A stretch of DNA of 42,719 nt from an uncultured Gammaproteobacteria bacterium (GCA_964386875.1 CAYLUK010000002.1:1-42719); one strand, 5' to 3'; positions 1 to 8,293 are shown, counted from the stretch's first letter. Numbers and translations are program-made. Notes: a model not told the origin generated them from the sequence alone.

Positions 1-881
1 TCAGACATTAAACCGACAAAAACAGAATCAGCGCTATAATACACAGACAAAGCCGTGCTAATGTTTGTTGGATAAGCCAACACCGGCTTAATCTTACGCT
101 CCAACAAGTTGGCTAAATTGTCGCAATATTCAATATTGGTCGGATCAATCATCGCCACCACTAATTCTCCTGACTTCTTTTCCCTGATTGGTATCACTCG
201 ATATAAAATGGCAATCTGGGGCTTAATTAATTTAATAATTTTGTCCGAGACTGACATTAACACGTCAGTGGAAACAATCTCAAGACCAAGCTGGACAGCC
301 AAGGTTTCGGTGATGTGAAATTCTAAAATATATCCCCATTTCAACATTATCTCTCCTAAACGATGATGAGGAAAAAATATTTCTTTCTGATATTCAAGTG
401 CACAGTCACGCTGTTTAACGCTTATAATATCTTTAACAACCAATATTTCGCCAAATAGCATACTGGCCGGCTGGTCAGGGATTAAATTGAGTTTTTCCGC
501 TTCTTGAATTTCCATAGCTATTTTGATGTCATTTTCTGAAGCTAAACGCATCTTTATCAAAACAACGCCAATCATTTCATTTGTCAACCGTTGCCTTCGG
601 ATAGCTTCATCAAGCTCTAATGAAGTAATTTTGCCTTGAGCCACAAGAATTTGACCAAGTAATAAATTTGTTTCATTATCTGACAAAAGCTTTGATATAT
701 TTGGAAAAAGCTTTTTGTCAGCGTTGTCAAAAGCAAGCCAAAGAACATCATGCATTTTGTGACACCGATCATCTTCATGGATGTTAAAATTCTCTTTCCA
801 TGATCTGACCGCCTCAAATAATTGTTTATAAACTTTCAATTCAAAAAATATTTGTTGTAGTTGAACTTTTGTCATACCCAT
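1..881 (-). CDS. PilB/GspE-family secretion or pilus ATPase, N-terminal region only. The 3' end of the gene lies left of the window.
   Basis: This edge-truncated frame is absent from the ORF track. Hand translation from the ATG at 881-879 (GGAG 7 nt upstream) reads MGMTKVQLQQIFFELK... with no stop down to position 1. It contains repeated T2SSE_N/MshEN-like modules: LLGQILVAQGKITSLELDEAIRRQR, RLGEIMLKWGYI and IAILYRVIPIREKKSGELVVAMIDPTNIEYCDNL. Confidence 0.6.
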   Translation of the reverse strand, partial: MGMTKVQLQQIFFELKVYKQLFEAVRSWKENFNIHEDDRCHKMHDVLWLAFDNADKKLFPNISKLLSDNETNLLLGQILVAQGKITSLELDEAIRRQRLTNEMIGVVLIKMRLASENDIKIAMEIQEAEKLNLIPDQPASMLFGEILVVKDIISVKQRDCALEYQKEIFFPHHRLGEIMLKWGYILEFHITETLAVQLGLEIVSTDVLMSVSDKIIKLIKPQIAILYRVIPIREKKSGELVVAMIDPTNIEYCDNLANLLERKIKPVLAYPTNISTALSVYYSADSVFVGLMS

Positions 882-971
882 CTTTTGTCTCCTTTGTTGT
901 CTATTTTTTTGATTGTCAAAGTCCAACTTATTCTGTTTAAATCCTATCAAAAAATGGAATTTTGTCAATAA

Positions 972-1002
972 TAAAAAAACGCGTTTATTAAAATAAACGC
1001 GT
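972..1002 (-). terminator. Intrinsic terminator downstream of purF
   Basis: A 10-bp stem, ACGCGTTTAT (979-988) with ATAAACGCGT (993-1002), has a 4-nt loop. It is followed on the minus strand by a T-run (A-run 973-978 on plus). Confidence 0.7.
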
Positions 1003-1017
1003 AATCGCAGCTTTGTT

Positions 1018-2397
1018 TTAATGTGAGCTAATCGAATAATTGTTAGTCATACAGGCATAACAAAAATCATTTGAATTGGGGACCAAGCTCATCAGTCCGG
1101 ACAAAGACAAAAATTCCAAACTATCTAGACCAGCGTCGGTCATCATTTTGTCTTTAGATAATCTAGCAGCTGACAACTCACTATGACTGGGCGTATCAAT
1201 GCCATATAAACAAGGATACATAATCATTGGTGTCACTATTCGTCCGTGGACTTGACGCGCTCCAACCCAACGAAGCAATTTCACTACTCCGGGCATTGTC
1301 GTCAACCGAACAATTGAATCATCAATCAAAACCACAATCTTGTCCTCAACCAAATATCTAATCGGCGCAAACTTCTTACTGACCATCAAATCTCTCAACC
1401 ATTGATTGGGCTGGATAAATGTCCGGCCGATAAAGTGGCTCCGCAACAGGCCCCTGGCCAAGCTTAGATTGTGACTCACTTTTTGTCCGGCTTGGGCATA
1501 GCCTTGAGCATGAAACATCGCTGAATCTGGCACTCCCACCACAATATCAGCTTCTGGTACTGGATGCTCCTGCCACAATATGGTGCCGGCATCAAGCTGA
1601 AATTTCGCCACGCTTTGGCCAAATACCACACTACCCGGGTTACTATAATAGAGTAATTCAAACTTGCAGAATGCCCGCTGATGATTAATAGACTCATTAG
1701 ATAAGCTATTCTCATCAAAGTAATGTGACTGGAGCCCGGCTTTGGTAATGACCACAATTTCCCCCGGATCAATTTCACGGACTGTTTCAATAAATAAATT
1801 TTCAAAAGCGATATTTTCCGACGACAAATACCAACTCTGGTCCTTTCTGCCGAGTGACAACGGCCGGTTGCCCCACGGATCGCGAACCGCAATCATCACG
1901 TCATTATACATAATGATCAGAGAATATGTCCCGCGGATATGACGCAAGACGCCATAAATCCTTTTGACTGTATCCTCTTCTTTTGACTCGCAGATAAGAC
2001 GCAGGACAATTTCTGTATCAATATTCGTCTTAAGTCGATCTGGATGTTTGAGCATCCCTCGCAGGTGGGAACAATTGATGATATTGCCATTATGAGCAAT
2101 GGCAATTTCATTATCGCCAAACGGCCCGACGAGTGGCTGAGCATTATCGCATTTTGGATTATCTTCCACTGTTGAATAACGAATATGGCCGACCGCAGAC
2201 AACCCACGCAATTGGTCTAGATCTGCTTGAGAAAAAACATCTTGAACAATACCCGGACCGACAAGCCGAAACAGATTATGACCGTCACTACTGACAATGC
2301 CCGCATATTCAGTCGCTCGCGATTGAATGGCATGAAGCCCCATGTAAGTGATTTCAGTCGCCTTGCGACTATTAAAAACGCCAAACACTCCGCACAT
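1018..2397 (-). CDS. purF: Amidophosphoribosyltransferase (glutamine PRPP amidotransferase)
   Basis: The N-terminus MCGVFGV carries the Ntn Cys nucleophile. Other motifs are AVGHIRYST, IAIAHNGNI and a PRTase loop, VVLIDDSIVRLTT. Length is 459 aa. Confidence 0.9.
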   Translation of the reverse strand: MCGVFGVFNSRKATEITYMGLHAIQSRATEYAGIVSSDGHNLFRLVGPGIVQDVFSQADLDQLRGLSAVGHIRYSTVEDNPKCDNAQPLVGPFGDNEIAIAHNGNIINCSHLRGMLKHPDRLKTNIDTEIVLRLICESKEEDTVKRIYGVLRHIRGTYSLIIMYNDVMIAVRDPWGNRPLSLGRKDQSWYLSSENIAFENLFIETVREIDPGEIVVITKAGLQSHYFDENSLSNESINHQRAFCKFELLYYSNPGSVVFGQSVAKFQLDAGTILWQEHPVPEADIVVGVPDSAMFHAQGYAQAGQKVSHNLSLARGLLRSHFIGRTFIQPNQWLRDLMVSKKFAPIRYLVEDKIVVLIDDSIVRLTTMPGVVKLLRWVGARQVHGRIVTPMIMYPCLYGIDTPSHSELSAARLSKDKMMTDAGLDSLEFLSLSGLMSLVPNSNDFCYACMTNNYSISSH

Positions 2398-2437
2398 CCG
2401 ATTTCCTCCTTTTTTTTCAAGGTGCTAATTCCAATTA

Positions 2438-2468
2438 ATAAAAAATTCGTTCAAATTTGAACGAATTT
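2438..2468 (-). terminator. Intrinsic terminator downstream of rplU
   Basis: The palindrome AAATTCGTTC...GAACGAATTT is centred near 2455/2456. It is followed on the minus strand by a T-run. Confidence 0.65.
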
Positions 2469-2475
2469 ATGTAGC

Positions 2476-2796
2476 TTAAATTTTAGTTATTTCAACTTCA
2501 GTAAAATATTGCTTATGACCATAGCTAGTGGCTCGCCGCGTCTTGGGTTTGTATTTCACACCAGTTACTTTTTTAGTCCGACCCTCTCGGATGACTGTGG
2601 CTTCTACTTTTGAGTTGACTAGTGGCGCGCCAATATCCAGCTTATCTCCATCGGCAACCAACAATGTATCAAATTCTAATTTATCCCCTGCCACGACAGG
2701 CAAACCTGCTTTAGATATTACTCTTTCAATTTTTAGTTTGTCCTTTTCTTTAACAACTTGTTGTTTACCACCAGTTTTAATGACTGCGATTTTCAT
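2476..2796 (-). CDS. rplU: 50S ribosomal protein L21
   Basis: The start MKIAVIKTGGKQQVVKEKDKL and the 106-aa length are typical of L21. The C-terminus is basic (KYKPKTRRATSYGHKQYFTEV). Confidence 0.9.
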   Translation of the reverse strand: MKIAVIKTGGKQQVVKEKDKLKIERVISKAGLPVVAGDKLEFDTLLVADGDKLDIGAPLVNSKVEATVIREGRTKKVTGVKYKPKTRRATSYGHKQYFTEVEITKI

Positions 2797-2833
2797 AAAT
2801 TTAATATATTTTTTATAAGTTATTAACTAATAC

Positions 2834-2862
2834 ATATTATACTGCCGAGTGATATTTGTCAA
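2834..2862 (-). promoter_or_regulatory. Candidate sigma70-type promoter for rplU
   Basis: On the minus strand it reads TTGACA (2862-2857), a 17-nt spacer, then TAATAT (2839-2834). It overlaps the last codons of the upstream gene. Confidence 0.4.
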
Positions 2863-3932
2863 GTTTTATTTTTTACCACTTTTTTGGAACTAAATGTTAT
2901 GATAAATATCAAAACTATCATTATTATTGTCATTGCCAGCAGACCAATCAATTTACCGATCCCATTAGCAATAATAGCAATCGCGCCAAAGATCAATGAT
3001 ATAAAACATAAAAACAGCACTGCCCCCTGATGAGAAAATCCTAAAGTTAATAATTGATAATGAAGATGTTTATTGTCAGCATGGGCAAACGGCGACTGCC
3101 CTTTAATCAGCCGTTGAATAATCACCCAAAACACATCTAATGCTGGAATACCAACCACCAGTAGTGTAGCGGCAATTTTGGAACCGGAAATTATTGACAG
3201 TACCCCCAAAATGTAGCCAATTAATAAACTGCCACCCTCACCCAAAAAAATCTTGGCCGGATACCAATTTAAAATTAAAAATCCCAGAGTTGCGCCGGCA
3301 AATACCAGCGCCCACACACCAGTCGCTGACATTTCCACATCCCAGCTTAGACTCAAAAGAAATATAACAATACCGGCAATCGCGCCAATGCCAGAAGCCA
3401 AGCCATCTAAGCCGTCCAAAAATTTAGTGGTGTACATCATCACCATCAGCCAGACAAAAGAAATTATTATGCCGACAGTTGAAGTCAAATAAATAATTGC
3501 ATTACTTGAATCGCCAATTGGATTGGTGACATAGCCGATTCTAATACCAGAAATTAAAACCGCCAGAACCGCCAAGATTGGCCAGATAATTTGTCGGCTA
3601 GGTTTCAAATTATATTTATCATCCAAAAATCCACCCAAAATAATCAGCGACGCGCCGACAAATACGCCCCAAATAAACTTGTCAGGCACCAAGGAAAAAT
3701 TAGCCAAACCAAAATAACGCACAATAAAAATCATTAAAAACATCGCCAGAAAAATCGCCATTCCGCCCAAAAGCGGAGTCGGTTTTTTGTGCACTTTGCG
3801 TTCAGCTGACTGTGGCCGATCAACAATATAATAATTAGTAGCAACCTGTCTAATCAAAATCGTAAATAATAAGGACAACAAAAAACTTACTCCAAATATG
3901 ACCAAATAGATTAGATTAAGCAATATAATCAT
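2859..3932 (-). CDS. Polyprenyl-phosphate N-acetylhexosamine-1-phosphate transferase (GT4 MraY/WecA/TagO superfamily, WecA-like)
   Basis: This is a polytopic membrane protein. Motifs are IVDRPQSAERKVHKKPTPLLGG, LDDKYNLKP and TKFLDGLDGLA. The C-terminal HADNKHLHYQLL resembles WecA/TagO rather than the MraY HHHFE motif. Confidence 0.75.
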   Translation of the reverse strand: MIILLNLIYLVIFGVSFLLSLLFTILIRQVATNYYIVDRPQSAERKVHKKPTPLLGGMAIFLAMFLMIFIVRYFGLANFSLVPDKFIWGVFVGASLIILGGFLDDKYNLKPSRQIIWPILAVLAVLISGIRIGYVTNPIGDSSNAIIYLTSTVGIIISFVWLMVMMYTTKFLDGLDGLASGIGAIAGIVIFLLSLSWDVEMSATGVWALVFAGATLGFLILNWYPAKIFLGEGGSLLIGYILGVLSIISGSKIAATLLVVGIPALDVFWVIIQRLIKGQSPFAHADNKHLHYQLLTLGFSHQGAVLFLCFISLIFGAIAIIANGIGKLIGLLAMTIIMIVLIFIITFSSKKVVKNKT

Positions 3933-3968
3933 AATAAAATTATATCATTTTTTACTAAATTACCAAAG

Positions 3969-4058
3969 AAAAAATCCCCCCACTTTGGCGGAAGGATGTG
4001 TGCTCAGCTCAGGGACCATGCTCCCCTTTGCCCCTAGACAACACTGTGTCGTGGGTTC
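3969..4058 (-). ncRNA. Unidentified ~90-nt structured RNA, either a stand-alone sRNA or a terminator-containing leader of the WecA-like gene
   Basis: It lies between a perfect consensus promoter (4065-4093) and an intrinsic terminator. The terminator pairs AUCCUUCCGC with GUGGGGGGAU (10 bp including G-U pairs), has a CAAA loop, and ends in U6 (A-run 3969-3974 on plus). The segment is locally G+C-rich and ends 37 nt upstream of the ATG at 3932. Confidence 0.45.
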
Positions 4059-4064
4059 ACTTGT

Positions 4065-4093
4065 ATTATATAGCAGAAATATATAATTGTCAA
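4065..4093 (-). promoter_or_regulatory. Consensus sigma70 promoter (TTGACA-17-TATAAT) for the 3969-4058 RNA
   Basis: On the minus strand it reads TTGACA (4093-4088), exactly 17 nt, then TATAAT (4070-4065). Confidence 0.7.
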
Positions 4094-4133
4094 TACTTAT
4101 GTTTTAGATGTTTTAGAATACTTATGTTTTAGA
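4093..4133. repeat. Direct repeats immediately upstream of the -35 element
   Basis: ATACTTATGTTTTAGA occurs at 4093-4108 and 4118-4133, with an extra TGTTTTAGA at 4109-4117. Confidence 0.6.
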
Positions 4134-4137
4134 AAAT

Positions 4138-4175
4138 AAAAAAGCAGAGAAGGAGTTTTGAGGCAATCCTTCTCT
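4138..4175 (-). terminator. Intrinsic terminator downstream of tgt
   Basis: The stem pairs AGAGAAGGA (4145-4153) with TCCTTCTCT (4167-4175). It is followed on the minus strand by GCTTTTTT. Confidence 0.6.
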
Positions 4176-4176
4176 T

Positions 4177-5325
4177 TTATAATTTTCCAACTTTAATTTG
4201 TTGTCTAATTCTAGACATTAATGTTAAATAAAACTCCAAATTATTTAAAGTCGCCAGTCGCATGGCTAAGGGTTCTTTGGTTTTAAACAGATGATGTAAA
4301 TATGCCTTGGAATATTGTTTTAGATTAGTATTATTGATTGGTGATTGATCATTTTTAAACTTGGCATTAGTAATGTTCATTGTTTTATATGTCATCCCGA
4401 GAGAGCGGAGCGACCGTGGGGATCCAGTTGTATTACCACGGGATTGCTTCATCACCTTAATACTCCCTCGCAATGACGTTATTACATACAACCTCCCATG
4501 TCTCGCTTCCCGAGTCGGAATGACACAATCAAACATATCCCCCCCCCGTTTAACCGCCTCAAATATATTATCCGGCGTACCCACGCCCATTAAATATCGA
4601 GGTTTATTCTCCGGCATTATTGGCGTCAAATAATCCAAAACTCGATACATATCTTGATTGCTCTCTCCTACAGCTAAACCGCCGATCGCATAACCGTCAA
4701 AATTCAAATCAACTAACTCACCCAAACTTTTCAACCGCAAATCTTTGTATATCCCACCCTGAATAATCGCAAACAATAACTGTTTTGTGTTGTGCGTTTT
4801 TCGTTTTGCGTCGTACGCCTGCCTCGCCCACTTAGTAGTAATCTCCACGGCTTCAGCCACTTTCTGCTTGCTGTCTTTTGAACCGGGACAAACATCCAAA
4901 ACCAGTGCAATATCCGAACCGATAATTTGCTGAATCTCCAACACTTTTTTGGGCGTCAATAAATGCCGACTACCGTCAAGATGGGATTTAAATTCAACGC
5001 CACTAGGCAATATCTTTCTAATTTTAGATAATGAAAAGACTTGAAAGCCGCCACTGTCAGTCAAGATTGGCCCATCCCAATCCATCAACTTATGCAGACC
5101 ACCGGCCTTTTTCATCACCTTCATCCCTGGCTGAAGATATAGATGATATGTGTTTGACAAAATGATTTGCGCTCCCAAAGCCCGCATTTCATCAGTAGTC
5201 AAATTTTTCACTGCCGCTTTGGTCGCAATCGGCATAAAAAACGGCGTCTGAATCTGACCGTGAACCGTCTTTAATGTTCCCAGTCGAGCCTGGGATATTT
5301 TTGATTTTCTTAATAATTTATACAT
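4177..5325 (-). CDS. tgt: Queuine tRNA-ribosyltransferase carrying an in-frame repeat insertion and lacking the zinc-binding Cys cluster
   Basis: Motifs are TPFFMPIATKAAVK, ILTDSGGFQVFSL, YAIGGLAVGE, YLMGVGTPDNI, DCVIPTR and YSKAYLHHL. Length is 382 aa. Confidence 0.85.
   Translation of the reverse strand: MYKLLRKSKISQARLGTLKTVHGQIQTPFFMPIATKAAVKNLTTDEMRALGAQIILSNTYHLYLQPGMKVMKKAGGLHKLMDWDGPILTDSGGFQVFSLSKIRKILPSGVEFKSHLDGSRHLLTPKKVLEIQQIIGSDIALVLDVCPGSKDSKQKVAEAVEITTKWARQAYDAKRKTHNTKQLLFAIIQGGIYKDLRLKSLGELVDLNFDGYAIGGLAVGESNQDMYRVLDYLTPIMPENKPRYLMGVGTPDNIFEAVKRGGDMFDCVIPTREARHGRLYVITSLRGSIKVMKQSRGNTTGSPRSLRSLGMTYKTMNITNAKFKNDQSPINNTNLKQYSKAYLHHLFKTKEPLAMRLATLNNLEFYLTLMSRIRQQIKVGKL
4391..4477. 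repeat. Palindromic GTCAT...ATGAC element, copy 1 (87 nt, in-frame inside tgt)
   Basis: Termini are GTCATCCCGAG and CTCGCAATGAC, and the core is GGGGATCC-N-CCACGGGATTGC. It is related to the copies at 34742-34838 and 42094-42168. It translates as SLRGSIKVMKQSRGNTTGSPRSLRSLGMT. Confidence 0.8.
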
Positions 5326-5334
5326 AGGGTTTAT

Positions 5335-8088
5335 TTAAAACTCATCCAAAGGTAGTCCTGTCTCAAAGGTCATATTAGGATTAACACCGGTGATGACAGA
5401 TATGTTTTTAAATTGATTTTTACTAAAGATTTCATTAGTGACTAATCTTTTCTGGCCGATATCAATATACCAAATATTCTCTGATCCACTATATTGAATT
5501 AAGGAACCATCAGGGTAATGACTAGACACGTCACAAGTGGTATTTCTAGTGTAATCACTTTCAAATCCTGGTTGGATTACTAGAGCTGAATTAATCCAGT
5601 CATTATTATAAAGCGAATATTGCCGACACAGCTGATCACCGTCGCCAATCGCATAGATAACATTACTATTTTTAAACCTAATTAATTTTGACCCCGGCCG
5701 AACAGTGACATTCTGACCAATGCCATATGCATCAAACTCATCTCTGGTGATAACTTCTAGATCAATATCTGACCAACTGCCAGTATACCAAGTCCAGAAA
5801 GTAGCGGCATTGGAAAATAATCGCCTTTTGCCGTCTGAAGCAATATGATAAATGGCTGTGCTATCTGATAATTTGACTAAACGACCGCGATGAAAAGATT
5901 TTCTGATATTGCTGGTAGTCTGGCTATTTGTGGACGAGTCATTATTATTATTGGTGGAATTATCAGTGTCTCCGCCACTATTATTATTAATATATGTACA
6001 TGTCCTGTTTTCATCCGGCTGACCACTAGATATGCCACAAGCATTAACATCAGTACATGTCCTGACTTCAGAACCTCCTAAATTGCAAGCCGACCAAACA
6101 CCACAAGACCAATTCGGCGTACAACTAGTTGTACAACCTTGACTTTCAGTTGGTCTATTAATGGTCGTCCCGCAGTTATTTAAATCATTGCAATTTCTAG
6201 TTTGAATATTATTATTGCAAACACTCCAAGCGCCGCAAGACCAATTTTCTCCACAACTCATAACCGTAATAGTGTATGTCTCTTGTTTAGTTGATTCTTG
6301 ATTACCAGCGCTGTCACGAGAATAAAAACGCAACACACTTGACTCGCTGATAGATATAGCTGAAGCATACAATGTCGTCGGATTGCAATCTGAACCAAAA
6401 CAATAATAAGTCAAACCAGATTCGTTTATAGATAGGGTGACGGGTTGCGACGATTGATAACTACCTCCACTGGGAGACACCACGGTTATTGGCGGTGTCG
6501 TGTCAACCGGTGTTTCTGATGAATTTAATCGAGTCTGATAAGCGAGAAATTTTTGGGTGTTCATCTGATCTTGATATTCAAACATACCCCAATATTTCTC
6601 ATTATTGGTGTAGGGAGAAGAATAAGTAAAACCAATAAATAATTTTCCTGGATTTAATTCATCCCACTTGGCAAACATATCATTATAAAAAATCTGCATC
6701 CGAGGATCGTTTTGGGCATTGTAAAAAACACTGGCGATAGCAGAGCTACGACCGCTGGCATCCAACCCTTGTCCGCCTTCATAAGCGACCAGATCAATGC
6801 CATATTGATTGGTAAAAACTAAATTATTTATAACTTCCTGGCGAAAGCATTTGCTACTATCAGTGCAATTCAACCAATGATTTAATCGATTAAAAACAGC
6901 ATCAACCGTCGCCGGCTGTGATCCACTGGCCATTTCATTATCAATTTCTCCGCCGACATAAGGCGCGATGGCAAAAACCTCCGGCAGTGTTGCTGAAGGA
7001 TTGTAAGTTGAAACTAGAGAATATTCCAAGAGCCGTTCAGCCCAACTTGAATTGGCCGCCTGACCGGACAAAACATTAACAACTCTGTCGTCTCCCAATT
7101 CCTGTTCAAAAATCTGCCAAATTTCAGAGCTTCTAAATACCTGATATTTCTGAGTCGCCGCTGTGTTGTTGGTGTCAAATCCTTTTTGCAACCCCTGATC
7201 TCGACAATAGCCAAAGGCTGAAAAACCTGAATTCCAAATTTCATTGGAATATTCAACATAAACTTTTAGTCCAACATTAAGATTTTGTTTTATGAGCTGG
7301 GCATAGCCTCTGACATAAGAATCCGGTGCATTTTCCGGGATGGATATATAACAATCGGAATTTATCCGATTGCATAATTCAATGACATATTCCGGAGCAA
7401 TACCCCAATCACCGGTTTGATTATATGTTTGAGTGGTAGTTCTCTCACTCCAATTCAAATTACTGGCTGATTCGTTAATTTTCTGCCAATTACCAAATCT
7501 AATCACATCAAATCCCGCCCAGCCACGGAGATATTCTGGATGAAAAATTTGGGTTTGGTAGCTGTTGACAAATCCAGGCATAATTAGCCGAATATTTCTC
7601 ACATGATCAGCACTATCTGATCTGGTAATTTTAAGTACGCCGTCTGATTGACTGCTACTTATTGGCACAATACAAGAATTATCCAAGCCATTGTTAGAAT
7701 CGCAAGTGACACCCAAAAATGTGACTGTGCCATCACCGTCAAATATTAATGTGTAATCCCCAACCGGCCAATGTTCCCAACTATGATCAAAATCAGAAGC
7801 AACACTGTTAACTCCGGCTTGAGGTACCTGCGTTGGATAGCCATTGCTATCGGCGGTAAAAGTAGCTGAAGAGCTGTTGTTGGCAGTCCGAAACTTGCCA
7901 CTAAGTTTCATTACATCCACAAAAATCCACTGATTCCAATAATGGTTAATTTTTCCAACATTCATTCCAGTTGAATTTCCAGCTGATGCTGTCACCCCAC
8001 TTGATGACAAAAATAAACCTGCCACAAGAATTGTTGCAACAATTAATAATAAAAAAATAACTCCCCAAAAATTAAAAAAATTTTTCAT
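5335..8088 (-). CDS. Secreted or anchored multidomain protein: clan GH-A-like glycoside-hydrolase-like domain, two six-Cys modules, a low-complexity N/S/T linker and C-terminal beta-rich repeats
   Basis: There is an N-terminal signal/anchor, FWGVIFLLLIVATILVAGLFL. YVEYSNEIWN and VAYEGGQGL resemble the acid/base and nucleophile strands of (beta/alpha)8 hydrolases. The duplicated Cys modules are CGENWSCGAWSVCNNNIQTRNCNDLNNCG and CTPNWSCGVWSACNLGGSEVRTCTDVNACG (about nt 5998-6255). The function is not established. Confidence 0.6.
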   Translation of the reverse strand: MKNFFNFWGVIFLLLIVATILVAGLFLSSSGVTASAGNSTGMNVGKINHYWNQWIFVDVMKLSGKFRTANNSSSATFTADSNGYPTQVPQAGVNSVASDFDHSWEHWPVGDYTLIFDGDGTVTFLGVTCDSNNGLDNSCIVPISSSQSDGVLKITRSDSADHVRNIRLIMPGFVNSYQTQIFHPEYLRGWAGFDVIRFGNWQKINESASNLNWSERTTTQTYNQTGDWGIAPEYVIELCNRINSDCYISIPENAPDSYVRGYAQLIKQNLNVGLKVYVEYSNEIWNSGFSAFGYCRDQGLQKGFDTNNTAATQKYQVFRSSEIWQIFEQELGDDRVVNVLSGQAANSSWAERLLEYSLVSTYNPSATLPEVFAIAPYVGGEIDNEMASGSQPATVDAVFNRLNHWLNCTDSSKCFRQEVINNLVFTNQYGIDLVAYEGGQGLDASGRSSAIASVFYNAQNDPRMQIFYNDMFAKWDELNPGKLFIGFTYSSPYTNNEKYWGMFEYQDQMNTQKFLAYQTRLNSSETPVDTTPPITVVSPSGGSYQSSQPVTLSINESGLTYYCFGSDCNPTTLYASAISISESSVLRFYSRDSAGNQESTKQETYTITVMSCGENWSCGAWSVCNNNIQTRNCNDLNNCGTTINRPTESQGCTTSCTPNWSCGVWSACNLGGSEVRTCTDVNACGISSGQPDENRTCTYINNNSGGDTDNSTNNNNDSSTNSQTTSNIRKSFHRGRLVKLSDSTAIYHIASDGKRRLFSNAATFWTWYTGSWSDIDLEVITRDEFDAYGIGQNVTVRPGSKLIRFKNSNVIYAIGDGDQLCRQYSLYNNDWINSALVIQPGFESDYTRNTTCDVSSHYPDGSLIQYSGSENIWYIDIGQKRLVTNEIFSKNQFKNISVITGVNPNMTFETGLPLDEF

Positions 8089-8111
8089 GAAGTTAAGATA
8101 ACAAGGTATAA

Positions 8112-8288
8112 TGAGATGGTTACAAAACTGTTTTCACCATAATTTGCTATTTTCAGGTAATACTTCGTCAAACTGCAAAAAATGATTATCATCGTAATAC
8201 TATTACGCCTCAAATCATTTTTTTGGTTTTCCTCGTCTTGCCTGAAAATACCTAAATTCTATTATAAAACAGTTTTGTAACCATCTCA
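8112..8288. repeat. ~177-bp imperfect palindrome filling the intergenic region
   Basis: The outer arms are 22-bp perfect repeats: GAGATGGTTACAAAACTGTTTT (8113-8134) and its reverse complement (8266-8287). Nested arms are TATTTTCAGG (8148-8157) with CCTGAAAATA (8241-8250), and AAAAAATGATT (8177-8187) with AATCATTTTTT (8213-8223). The apex is CGTAAT-ACT-ATTACG (8193-8207). Confidence 0.8.
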
Positions 8289-8293
8289 ATTTA

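Noticed and set aside
109-817. Track ORFs 109-318 (+) and 617-817 (-).
   Set aside because: Both fall inside the longer edge-truncated minus-strand frame (1-881). That frame has a good ribosome-binding site and recognisable T2SSE_N-like modules, whereas these translations look random.
4093-4133. Short direct repeats containing TGTTTTAGA could be a CRISPR-like array.
   Set aside because: The repeats are 9-16 nt and essentially contiguous, with no spacers and no cas genes. Their position abutting a -35 hexamer points to promoter-proximal repeats instead.
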